A stretch of 61,554 nt of DNA, counting the filler, from Gonapodya sp. JEL0774 (lineage: Eukaryota): NCBI GenBank assembly GCA_027604505.1. It is 6 parts of 6 records of this genome, joined end to end, with 100 filler letters (N's around TTAATTAATTAA, not from the genome) between each part and the next. Parts side by side here need not be neighbours in the genome. Positions count along the whole stretch, not along the records: positions 41,196 to 51,335 come from JADIIX010000389.1; positions 51,436 to 61,554 come from JADIIX010000390.1; 4 more parts are not named here. One strand, given 5' to 3'. Shown here one piece after another: positions 41,096-52,934 of this stretch (position 1 is the stretch's first letter; every line of letters starts with the position of its first letter). The notes beneath the pieces are model-generated. The model did not search any database. It saw nothing but the letters and a program-made list of their open reading frames with translations, and was not told the origin of the DNA. Both the position numbers and the translations under genes were made by a program.

Positions 41096-41326
41096 NNNNN
41101 NNNNNNNNNNNNNNNNNNNNNNNNNNNNNNNNNNNNNNNTTAATTAATTAANNNNNNNNNNNNNNNNNNNNNNNNNNNNNNNNNNNNNNNNNNNNACGAG
41201 AGGGCGCACAGAGTCGGCGGGATCTTATCGTTGAATGGCCAGTTCTCACCACCACCCGCCGTGACCCACCTTGCCCTACCCCCCTGTGCCCCCCCCCCAC
41301 CCCCCCCGCCCCCCACCACCCCACAG

Positions 41327-43858
41327 GTCCTCACCGACGGCGAAATCTACGACACCGACCCGGTCTTCCACCTGGCCTCCACCGTCTCCCTCACCACTCC
41401 CACGCGGATCTTCACATTGGGCGTGGGCAACGCCGTGTCGCACCATCTGGTGAACGGGCTGGCCAGGGCAGGAAGGGGTACCGCAGAGTTCGTGGGGTAT
41501 GGCGAACGCATGGAGGCGAAGGTGGTCAGGATGGTCAAGGCGGGGGTCAGGGGGTTTGTGGAGGATTTGAAGGTGAGCAACGGGGGGGCGGGGAAGGGGA
41601 AGGGGGGGGCCGGGGGGCGAGCATCTCTGGTCATGGTGGTTCTGTGTTTTATTTATTGCAATTTTTGTTTAATTTTTCTTTTCCTTTCTTCTTCTTTTTC
41701 TTCTTCTTCTTTTTTTTTTGTGTGCGTGGTGTTGCGTAGGTGACGTGGCTCCCCCAAGCCGTGGTCGACAAAGTCCAGCACGACCAGTCCTCGACCCCCA
41801 CTCCACCTCCACCCTACTCCGCCGCCGCCGCCCCCTCCACCGAACCCCACCACCCTGCGCCTTCCTCCTCGTCCTCCTTCTTCGACGAAGACGTCACCCC
41901 CGACTCTGACGACCCGCTCCACACGCTCGCCCCTCCCGCCCCTCCACCCGCGCTCGTCCAACAGGCACCCTTTTTCGCACCGCCCATCTACGCAGGTGCC
42001 CGGTACGTGTGCTTCGCCATCATCGACCCCCGCCTTCCGGACCCCACGGCCATCGTCATCACGGGACACTCGGTGGACGGGCCAATGAGGGTCGAGGTGC
42101 CTGTGGGGGACAACGCGGTCGTGGTAGGGGAGACGGGAGAGGGAGGCACGGAGGAGGTGGCGGTACTGCATACTATGGCGGCTAGGACGCTGGTGCAGGA
42201 TATCGAGGAGGGGAAGAGTTGGATGCACCGAGGGCAAGGGGAAGGGGCAGGCGGGGATGTGGATGAGGCGGTGAGCAGGGCAGAGGTGGTGAGGTTGAGT
42301 AAGAAATGTGAGTGGAAGAGGGTTCAGGTGTGGGGGTGGGGTTGTGGGGTGTGGACCAACCTTTTACTCACCGCGAAAATTGTTTGCATGTTTTTTGTTT
42401 TCTGATATTGTGCAGATGGGATCGTGTCCAAGTACACTTCGTACGTCGCGGTTCAGATCGTCGACGGAAGGGAAAGGGCGACCGGGATGCCTCAGCGGAT
42501 CGTGGTGCCCAGCAGGGTGAGTCATGCGAGAATCTCGTTTTAGTGGACGGCCACTGCCAACCTCACATGTGCACTCACTGCACAAACCCCCTCCCATATC
42601 CACCTCCTGTGGTTTTTGTCCCCCACCCTAGCGCGAGGCACAACTGGTGGACCAAACTTCCGTTAGTGCCATCCAAGCCATCATGCACGCCAACATCCAC
42701 AGCGTCGTCTCCCGGGGCGACAAGCTCGATGCCATCGAAATGCGCACGGACCAGTTGCAGGCGCAGTCTCGGCAGTTTGCAAAGAGCACCAAGAAGTCGG
42801 CCGGGTTCGGGTTCTCCATGCCGTCCATGCCGTCGATGTCCATGCCGTCGGTGTCGTCGCTGTTTGGAGCAGCCAACAAACAAGGCGCTCCACCGCCCAC
42901 CGCCCCGCCGCCGCCGCCGCCGCCCCCCGCGAAACCCATGGCGATGCCCGGTCCGCCTTCGTCTGGGGCGACCCCTGCCAGCCCCGTCTGGGTCGGCGGG
43001 TCTTCTCCGGTACCAGGGGATTCCAGACCCCTCAGAGCCGCGTATCCAATCGACGCTTCCTATTGGTGGGCTCCGCTAGCTCCATTCCCCGCACCTGCAG
43101 CCAGTCCACTACCCCCACCTGCAGCCAGTGCTCCTCTGGCACCATCATGGTCCGAACCCGCTCCAGCACCACCGCGGCAAGGCGATTCCGCGTGGCTACC
43201 TCTGCAAGCTCCACCTCCCCCACTTGCTCCCAGAGCTCCCCCTCCAACGTTCGCCTACCCGCCTCCGGTGATTTCGTCGGGTTCCAACGCTGCACCCCCA
43301 CCCCCACCACCGCCTCCTCCAGGTGCTCCCTCGATGGCTCCTCCGCCACAGCCAGAGTATTATTCATCCAGACCGAGTTCGTTCCGTGTTCCACCGCCAT
43401 CCTACGGAGCTCCAGCGCAATCTTACGGATCGCAGACTTCGCAAGCTTTGGATGATGCTCTACCGATGTCACCTCCCCTAGAGCGAAATTACCGGGTAGC
43501 GTCCACATTGTCGGACGGTGCAATCCCCACCCGTCGTGCCCCCCCTCACTACACCCCCCAGCAAATCCTGGCCATCCTCGTTTCTTTGCAGAACTTTGAC
43601 GGATCCTTCCCGTCCGACAACCGCCTCTTTGGCATTTCTCTCGCTATCACGGCAACCCCGCCCGCCGGCCGCACCCCCGAGGAATGGGCTACGGCGGTGG
43701 CCATCGCGCTGATGCAGGTTCGGTTGGCCGCTCAAAAGGACGAGTGGGAGTTGATGGCAGACAAAGCGGTGGCGTGGCTGGATGGGAGGGTTGGAGAAAA
43801 GGAGAGGAAGAGGTTGGTGGCGAAGACGGCGAGGGTTGTGATGGGCAGTCCGTGGTGA
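41327..43858 (+). CDS. VIT/vWA (VWA5A-like) protein, 5' truncated, with internal R-SNARE (synaptobrevin-like) motif and Pro-rich region
   Basis: VLTDGEI...RIFTLGVGNAVSHHLVNGLARAGRGTAEFV (vWA end), LHTMAARTLVQDIE, LSKK|YGIVSKYTSYVAV, IMHANIHSVVSRGDKLDAIEMRTDQL, LVSLQNFDGSF, WATAVAIA, DEWELMADKAVAWL. Confidence 0.9.
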
Positions 43859-44247
43859 GGCGGGAGAAGTCGGGGAATTATTGTCCACGCAGAGTACTTT
43901 GAATTTGAAGGATGAAGTCATTAGTTTGTTCTTTCAATAGTATTACATTTTTAAATACCGCATACACTTGCTCCGAGTTCGAGTGAGGACACTTAGTTCT
44001 TGGTCTATGGTCTATCTAATTCGACGTGTACGCGATTCTACATTTCTAAGGATCTCTTCTTTGAACTCATGGCTTGGTGCAGGATTCACACGCATTGTAG
44101 CGCCATGTGTCTGGCATGGAATAAGAACACGCGGCGATTCCTGACACTCAACCCTCCGCAATCGCCCTAGCACAATGCTTCGGCGTTGAGGTACAACCCG
44201 CTCCATTTACTCCCCGTTCCAACACTCCCACCTCCTACAATCCACTC

Positions 44248-45586
44248 CTACCGCCTTTCCAACACCAACTGCGGTCCACCCCTCTCCCCCGGCCCCATAT
44301 GTCCCGTATCGTTCAACACCACGGGTTTAAACCTGACCCTGATCCGCCTCTCGACATCGGCACCCTTGGTTCCACCCACTGTGTACACGAATGCTGGTCC
44401 GACCCACCCCTCCACCTCGGGGCGGGCAAGGTGGTGTCTGGAGAGCGAGACGTCACCGTCGAGTTTGACGGTGCGGGAGTTGGTGGTTGGTCCAGGGTCG
44501 TCCGAGTCACTGCTGGCGTCGTCGGCGTCGTTGACGGCACCGGCAGTGGTGGGTGTGGTGCTGGTTGTGGCGACAGCGTGGGAGTCTGCCAGCGAGGTAG
44601 GCGGGTCGGAAAGGAGAGAAGATGGAGGGAGCACCTCGCATAGTACGTCAAGGATGTTGACGCAACAGTTTTCGTGGTGGAATGCGGGCATGTATGCGAG
44701 GGAGTTGTAGATGAGGTGTGCGAGGAGGATGCGGAGGGTGCGGCCGTGCGCTGGGGACAAAAGTGGTAGAGGTCAAAGATTGAAGTTGTCGAGAGTGGTT
44801 GGAGGGGTCGAGTTGTATCGCAAATAGAGCCGAAGTAGGTTGTTACAATTTTCGATAAAACATTGCAGTGAACGTGTAAGTACAGCAAAGATAGCCAACT
44901 GACCGACGACCAGGACGGATCCTTCTCCACCACTCTCCACGATGCTCCCCATAACCGCCGCAACTCTGTTTCTGACCATGTTGGGACTCTCGCCCTTCTC
45001 GCCCGGAGGTTTCGCGTCGAAATCTCCTTCATGTTCCCAGCGTTCGATCATGTCCATGAGTCCTGGGGCGTGAGATTTACCCTCCCAGTCACCCCATGAG
45101 ATTTCTCGGAGGTCCGGATGAGAGTGGAGGGACGCAGTGGGGTGGAGAGCGTGCACGGCCTGCGCTGTCTCTTTGGCTCGCTAACGAAGTCGGTAGCGGG
45201 ATGCGCAAAGAGGGCGAAATTTTAACGTCTGCAATGAGTACGTCGTCCGTGAAGTTTCTTTTCGATTGGTTCGATTTCTTCTTTGAGAAATGTCAACGTA
45301 CTTTGAGATTGCTCGCCCACACGGCGCGGATGTCCACGTCCTGCATCCGTTTCCCAAGAGCCAGCGCTTGTCTCAGGCCACGATCGTTCAAGGACATATC
45401 GATTCCACTTCCCTGCAGCACTCTAGCAGCATTCGCGTCCGTTTCACCGTGTCTGCACAGAAAAAGCCGAGTGACATATCGCGGATTCGTGGGGTCCAGA
45501 GCGAGCTGTTCGGGGAACGGCGATCGAGGTGGAAAAGGTGTTGGTAACGGGGTCTGCGGTATTTGATGGCCCGCGTGCGGTGACAT
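44248..45586 (-). CDS. histidine phosphatase / phosphoglycerate mutase family protein (3' end uncertain)
   Basis: LFLCRHGETDAN...QG...LNDRG, SNLK|RAKETA, LREISWGDWEG, GES, VLVV|AHG, LNDTGH. Confidence 0.92.
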
Positions 45587-46113
45587 GGACGTGATGGAAA
45601 AGAGTTGGTGATTGGTGTGTTCACACACTTGCAGAAGCAGATACGTCACAAAACCCCAACAAACCTCTGCTCGCCCAACCTGGCCCAGAGTATCGCAAAC
45701 GGTCTGGTGCAATCTGGAGAGGTCTGGAGCGCTCTGGACTTGCTCAATTAAGAAACAAAGCTAATAGCAAGTGGGAATTCACGGACTATTATTTTGTGTG
45801 AGTGTGCATGCCGGTGAAACCGACCATTACAACATCTCGATGAGAGGTCTCCAACCTCCTTCTCGATTTTTCACCACATCCTGAAATCCGACGGTCAGAA
45901 GCAGTATTATATATGTAATATCCGATGTAGATCTATCCGATTCAAGCATATCTGAACTGAAAACGACAATCCGACTGATATCCGCTGGTTGCACTTTGCT
46001 CCACTCACAAAGTGCTCTCCACGTCAAATGTGCGGAGGAGGATCAAATACCCGGAAATGGATTCCACCCCGTACTCCAACCTTGTCTTTCCTTCACATAC
46101 CAGTGCAACAGCA

Positions 46114-46745
46114 ATGCCCCGTAACCACTCTTCTTCATCGTGGCCGCTCTTGGTTCTGCTCGCATGTGTCGCCTGTTTCGGCATTACTCCTGTTGTGACC
46201 TCCACGGCACCGCAGCTCCGATTGCAAAGTGCAGTCTGGCTCAAAGCATGCCCAGGAGATATGAGGATCAACTTTCAGTACTGTCTAAATGACATGTAAG
46301 TTGTACTCCATTCGTGCTCTTGAGGGGCTTGTCCGTGGATGATTTACTCTTTGCCCCCCGGCTCCCAGTTGGATAGCCCCTTCATTCTTTATTGAGATCT
46401 GTTCAGTACACAAACCCAGGCGGCACTCCGTTCTGGTACAACAATGCGGCGTCCAGTTGTTTCATCAACTCCGTCACCGGGAAACTCACGAGAAAGGATT
46501 TTCAACCGGGCGCCCTTAACGCCTTCAAGGGCGAACGCGTGATCATTGGTGTGGAGTTCACGATCAAAGTGACCCAATATGGAAAACAGCAAACAACCGA
46601 GGGGCTGTACGTGGAGACCGCGGCGTCGGAAATATCCGTCCCAACGTTCAAGAATTCCTGGCATCACGAGATTACTCAAGGATTTGCAAAGTTTTTGTAT
46701 AGGCTAAGCGGCGGTGACGTTTGCCCACTATCAAGCTTCGTATAG
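46114..46745 (+). CDS. small secreted protein of unknown function (2 exons)
   Basis: Signal-like WPLLVLLACVACFG. GTAAGT donor near 46296, then a beta-rich exon (VIIGVEFTIKVTQY) with several Cys. Confidence 0.6.
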
Positions 46746-47850
46746 ATCATATTCATATACTTTATTGGCTTCGCGAATGAAGTTTACGTTGTGTAAGCTA
46801 CCCTCGTTACTCCCGATGGGTGATGTTATAATTGGAAGACTTTGTATATCTCAGGTCAAGTCATCAGTCATTCCATGATTCCTCCTCAACTTCTCACCTG
46901 CACTCACGCGTGAACCCGCACGGCTGCCAGGAGGACCTGTATGTAATAGCAATTTTGGGAATGTTCAGAGAGCCAACTCGTTTCCTTGTTCGAGACATTT
47001 TTGCGGACTATGTATAATGAATAATCTATTGGGCACGAAGTGTAGGAGGGTTTTGGCGTCATTTTTTCTGCTTCCAGTGAAACAGTATCAACCATCTTCG
47101 TTGATTTGCGAAGCTCAGGTGATACACATATTCTGCTCTCTCGGCAGCATGCTGACTTCAATTTGCCTTCCAGCACCCGCGGAGAGCGAAACCAAGCCAT
47201 TCGTGATATGACCAAGCTGTGATCGAACGTTGTATTGTCGCTTAACAGTATAATGGTGTAAGGATGATATGGCATTGTTTTGTCATGTCTGCTACCAGAC
47301 AACTCTGCATTCGGTACTGCTTCAGGGGCCCGGAACTGAAATTCAAATACCCTCTCTGAACTGTTTTTGCAAGGTGTGATTGATGGGAAGGAAAAAAATA
47401 AAATGGAGTGCTCAAAAGGATGAGCGTGGGAACACTCCCGAAAACCCAATTAGTCTCTGGTACCCTCCCCTGTAGCATGGTGTTCGTGACTATGCACTGG
47501 ATATCCATATTGAAAGTAAGTCTGAGCTGTTCGTGATTCTTGGGGAGTATCCTTGGAGAGTTTCACCACGAAGCATACCAGGAACCTCAACAAGTTCATT
47601 CTCGTCCCCTCCTTCCGATATACTTACCCAGACTCAAACGTATTGTGGTCAGTCGAAGTCAGTATTCTATTCCTCCTTCCTCCAACCGGCCAGTCCAATA
47701 CCTCAAGTGAAAGAAAAGTTGTTGCATTTTATTGGCAATTATTCTGTTAAAGATTATTAAAACGAGTTCCGCTTTTGTTTCTTTTAATCAGTCTCGATTA
47801 TTCGATTAACTTTGCACCCGATATTCGCATCCAATGAACGATTACTTTCA

Positions 47851-50800
47851 TCATTTCTCCCTGAGTTTCTTTCCCGCAAATGGAGTTTGCGCACTTGCTG
47901 AGTACTGCTCTTCAAGCTTCCTCTTCTTTGGTGGTTGGTCCTGTGATTTCTCGTCCCGTTTCTCTCCCTCTGCTTTCACCTTGACCTCTTTCGTCCACTC
48001 CGGCCTAAACTTCGCGAATTCCTTCTCCAGCACTGGCCTGCGAACACGGGGGTCCACGGTTGTGTGCGGTGTGTATGAGGCCGATGTGCTGATCGGCTCG
48101 CTGCATGAGGCTGCTGCGCCTATCGGCTCGTCCGCTTTCTCGAGACCCAGGCCCCAGTGACCAGTTTCCGACTGAACCCACACCACCTCCATGTCCTCTA
48201 AACCATCCTCATCAGGCGTGCGCAACGCATCGACGTCGATGGGGTCAGAGCGAGATCGTTTGTGGCTCGTCGATGCCGTAACTTGCCTTTCTGTCTCACC
48301 TGAGACACGACGTGCGACTGTTTCGTCCACCTCAGATACACGACCGTTGCCGTCAACGAGATCCTCTGTCCTTGTAGCGTCTGGCGTGATCGGAACTGCT
48401 TTGCGTCCACTGAATATCGCTGTGCCTCTGACGTGCCTTCCGACAATTTCGAGTAGATCGATTCCAGTGAGTACGGATATTCGATCAACGTCCGAGAAGG
48501 ACAGCCCGAACTCGGTCAGCACCCTAAGGAGGTGACGGCGCGCTGCTGGGGTTGTGGCCAACGTTCGATCTGTTGCAGGTGACGCGGGGGTGACTGGTCG
48601 CGGATCATGCACACTTTGGTTTCCTGAAGGGGGAGTGTCACGCCGCTCATGCTGCGCTTCACCCTCATAACCAGGAACAGCTTGTGATCCGATATCAAGG
48701 CCCATCTCACCAGACTCTCCCGAAGTTCCAGCCTCTGAGCTATCCTCATCCTCGCTCCGTGACAACTGCGCACTCGGAACAAGCATTTCTTCCTGATCTG
48801 AATTCATGTCGGTGGGACCATTGCCATTCTCTTCCCCGTCAATTCCTGCAGTATGGTTTTGTGGGTCCTCTGTAAGGTCTTGCAGATCTCCATCCGACCG
48901 GCGCTCATCCAACGCACGCTTCACAACTCGCATGAGGACCAGAAGCGCGTCACGATACGTGGTCGAAAGCTCCTTGTGTGCTTCTCGCTCAGCTTTGAAA
49001 TGCACGATGTACTGATGGAGTGAGCAAAAACAGAAACGGACAGTGCAGGATTGCAGAGATTGGAGTTGTGGTTGTGTAAATCGGACAATTGAGAGAATGA
49101 TGAATATTCGAATACATGAACCGAGAAACCTCGGCCACTCGAAACCACACCAAAGTGAATACTCACCGTTCCCAGAAGGTCACACCTGTTGCAATGGGGC
49201 TTCTTGTTTGGGGACGACCCCCCCTGCTCCAACAGCCGGTCCGTACTCTCCTCCGTCGCAGCGTGGGGCCGCGGTGGCTTCGGAGAATCGCTGTTGGGTT
49301 TCCTGGACGATTTCAGTCGCAGGGTTAACCGTGCTGGGGGTGACATGGGTCTCTGGCCGGCGCCAGCGGTTGCTGTTGGGTTGGCTGGGTTGTGACGGGC
49401 CCCAAACATGACGACCGACGCATCTCCTGCGGCAATCTGAACACTGTACGGATCTGGCCCCGGACGCACGTTTACGATTCTGGGCTTCACCGACTTGGGC
49501 ATCTCCCTCTCTGAGTCCGATTCGGAATCGGAGGACGAACCTGCTTGATTCTGCAGCCTGGTGGCAACATCTGCGGCAAATGCAGCGAGGCCAAGGTCCT
49601 TCACAGAGTTGCAGTTCTTACACCGGGATGGAGCTGTCACACTAAGGTTCGTCCGGTTCTGTTGTGGTGGAGGAGGTCCGCGTTCTACCGACGGGATGTA
49701 CAAAGGACGAGCTGCTGGATCCAGCATAGGGTGGGGTTTTGGAAGTACCTCAGGCAAGGGAAATGCGACGAACTTGGTCGTGGTGGGTGCATCGGGAACG
49801 TAGATCACGCTGGTTGTTGAAAGTACGAATTGCGCGAGGGGGGCGTCGATACCAATTTCGCCTGCCTCCCTCAAGGACGACCTGCGGAGCTTCTTCCGAG
49901 CGGCTTTGGAGAGGGACTGAATGTTGTGGGTCCGAATGATTCCATGACCAGGCCCTGCGATGGGTCCGCTGCTGTTGGCAGCATTGGAGAAAGCGTCTGG
50001 TGTGGCTGGGATGAACAAGAACGGACCCGAATCTTGCGGCACCGTGGGCAATGTCATGTTTAATCCTGGAGGGTCTACGAACCCAGCCGCCGGTGTGGTG
50101 GCGGTTGTGGATACGGGTGCAGGACTTGCCAGCGGGTGCATCAGAGTCCCTTCCGGGCCGGTACTCACAGATTGGGTCGTCTCAATTCCCGAGGGCGTGC
50201 TTGAGTGTCGTGCGCCACCGCACCCACCGCGATCATGATACGCCGGCCTTGCATCAGAGCGAGAGCTCGCCCGGGAACCCATCCACAGTGCATTATCTTG
50301 CCTTGATGCGTTTTCCGTTGCAGACCGCCTTGCATCCGAGTGAGAGCTCGCCCGGGGACCCATCCACAGTGGATTATCTTGTCTCGATGAAATTTCCGTT
50401 GTAGACCGCCCAGATACAACTTCCCGATTCCGCTCCACTGCGACCACCCTCCCGACAACAATCTCCTTTCGTGGCACAAGCTGCTGCTGTTGCTGCACCT
50501 GCTTAGAAGCAGGTACCACGGTAGCAGAGCTCGCGGACACATCGAGAGCTGTATCGATTGGGAGTTTCGCAGATAACGCGTCGGCAGGACTGCTTGAACG
50601 GGGGATGTATTGCGCAGCGGTTCTGGCAGGCTTGGTGGCGACAGAGACAGAGCTTGAGGTGAACGTGAATTTACCTTCGGAGTTTCGATGAGTGTGCATA
50701 TTCCCCTCTGTATCAGGCGACTGGTGTGCAACCCAGACAGATGTGGGGGCATGTGTGCGAGGAATGACTGCCTATGCACTTACCGTCAGAGTCTGTTGCG

Positions 50801-51179
50801 CGCCGGTAGCCATAGGAGCAGCTCTTGAGTTATATTGACTCATCTGATTCTGATAATAGGCCTGTATCCAGTACTGTTCGAGCGTTCGTGAATCGAATGG
50901 GAAGCGGTTGGGAACGTCGTGACCAAACTGTTGGGGGATCGGGCCGGTTTGCGAGGCCGGAAACACTTGGTAGGCACCGTGCTGGGGGTACTGGGGGTAC
51001 GAAGCGTACTGGAATGGCATTGCTTGAGAAGCTGGGCTGGGAGGAATGGGTAAAGCGCCAAGACCATGCGGGGGCGGGATAATCTGCCCAGAAGGAGGCA
51101 GCGGGGGCCGAGTCAAGCTTTGCAGTGCTTGCCATCTTTTCTCAGAAGGCAGTGGCGGCGGGGATCTGTTTCTGCTCAT
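47851..51179 (-). CDS. large low-complexity hypothetical protein, multi-exon
   Basis: Long ORFs 50772-51263, 48921-50699 and 47851-49005 can be linked by GT-AG introns. Contains an internal 22-aa duplication (SRQDNPLWMGPRASSHSDAR / SRQDNALWMGSRASSRSDAR), a short coiled segment and basic PPKKRK. Confidence 0.65.
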
Positions 51180-51435
51180 TTGGTTGTTCGTTGGTTGTGA
51201 TCCATCAACCCTGCCAGGGATGACCCAACGGAGGCGGCGCTGAATGTGGGCGGTCGCACTCATGGCACGCGGCTGACCGAAGCCCGTGTGCTCGGTGGCT
51301 CCAGACTCCCCCCGTGTCTACTGTCGGTCGATAATNNNNNNNNNNNNNNNNNNNNNNNNNNNNNNNNNNNNNNNNNNNNTTAATTAATTAANNNNNNNNN
51401 NNNNNNNNNNNNNNNNNNNNNNNNNNNNNNNNNNN

Positions 51436-52934
51436 GAAAGTGCCTTGAATGCGCTTTCACCAGCCTCACCAATCGAGTTGACTGGAGTCAAAGTAGAGGA
51501 GAGAGAAGAGAGAAGAGAGGAGACCGTGTGTGTGAGTCAGACTCAAAAACTCTTGAGCGAGATCGAGCGGGAGGTCACACTCTGATACTCACAACTGAGA
51601 TCGAGCGACATCAAGGTGGAGTTGGTCTTGAGGGCCTCAGCAAGCGCGGTGGCGCCAGCGTCACCGATCGAGTTCCCTGAGAGGAGTAGAGTCAAAGTAG
51701 AGGAGAGAGCATAGGAGAGAGAGCAGAGAGGAGACGGTGTGTGTGTGTGCTCGTGTGGGGGTGTGACAGACTCACCGACTCTTGAGCGAGAGCGAGCGGG
51801 AGTTCACACTCTGATACTCACTATTAAGGTCGAGCAACATCAAGGTGGAGTGGGTCTTGACGGCCTCAGCAAGCGCGCTGGCGCCAGCGTCACCGATCGA
51901 GTTGTCTGCAGTAGTAGAGTCCAGAGGAGAGAGAGGAGAGAGAGGAGACGGTGTGTGTGTGTTTGTGTTCGTGTGGGGGTGAGACAGACTCAGCGACTCT
52001 GGAGGGAGAGCGAGAGGGAGATCACACTCTGAGACTCACAATAAAGGATAAGCGACGTCAAGGTGGAGTTGGTCTTGAGGGCCTCAGCAAGCGCTCTGGC
52101 ACCCGCCTCACCGATTGAGTTCCCTGAGAGGTGTAGAGTCAAAGTAGAGGAGAGAGAGGAGAGAGAGGAGACGGTGTGTGTGTGTGTTTGTGTGGGCGTG
52201 AGACAGACTCAACGACTCTGGAGCGAGAGCGAGAGGGAGATCACACTCTGACACTCACCACTGAGATCGAGCGACGTCAAGGTGGAGTTGGTCTTGACGG
52301 CCTCAGCAAGTGCGCTGGCGCCAGCGTCACTGATCGAGTTCGCTGGAGTCATAGAGTCGAGAGAGAGGAGAGAGGAGATGGCGGTTTGTGAGTGTGTGTG
52401 TCACTCAGCGAGGCTGAGCGAGAGCAAAAGGGAAGTCAACCTCTGATACTCACCATAAAGGTAGAGCAACGTCAAGGTGGAGTTGGTCTTGAGGGCCTCA
52501 GCAAGCGCTCTGGCTCCAGCCTCACCGATCGAGTTCACTGGAGTCAAGAGAGAAGAGAGAGAGGAGAGAGGACAGAGGAGACGGTGCGTGTGTGTGTTCG
52601 TGTGGGGGTGAGACAGACTCAGCGACTCTTGAGTGAGAGCGAGCGAGAGGTCACACTCTGATACTCACCACTGAGATCGAGCGACGTCAAGGTGGAGTTG
52701 GTCTTGAGGGCCTCAGCAAGCGCTCTGGTGCCAGCCTTACCGATCGAGTTCCCTGTGGTTTGGGTGGGCCGGGGTGGTGGTAAAATCATAATTATAGAAG
52801 ACACATTAACATCGCATGTCGTAACTCTCCATACGCCCTGCTGGACTCACCCGTCAATGTTAGGGTCGTGACGGTACTATTGCTTTTGAGCGCGTGGGCG
52901 AGCGCCCTTGCTCCGCCAACTCCAATTGACTTAA
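51436..52934 (-). repeat. tandem exon+intron array encoding 28-aa LRRs (xNSIGxAGAxALAEALKTNSTLxxLxLx)
   Basis: Seven full 84-nt phase-1 exons plus one partial. Most introns are homologous to each other (GTGAGT.TCAGAG.GTGA...GAGTCGCTGAGTCTGTCTCAC...(CA)n...(CT)n...AG). Unit length is ~180-230 bp. Confidence 0.95.

Noticed and set aside
51436..52760. CRISPR-like or satellite interpretation of the ~220-bp periodic array
   Set aside because: The conserved units are 84-nt coding exons with canonical splice sites, and the 'spacers' are homologous introns. No cas genes, eukaryotic context.
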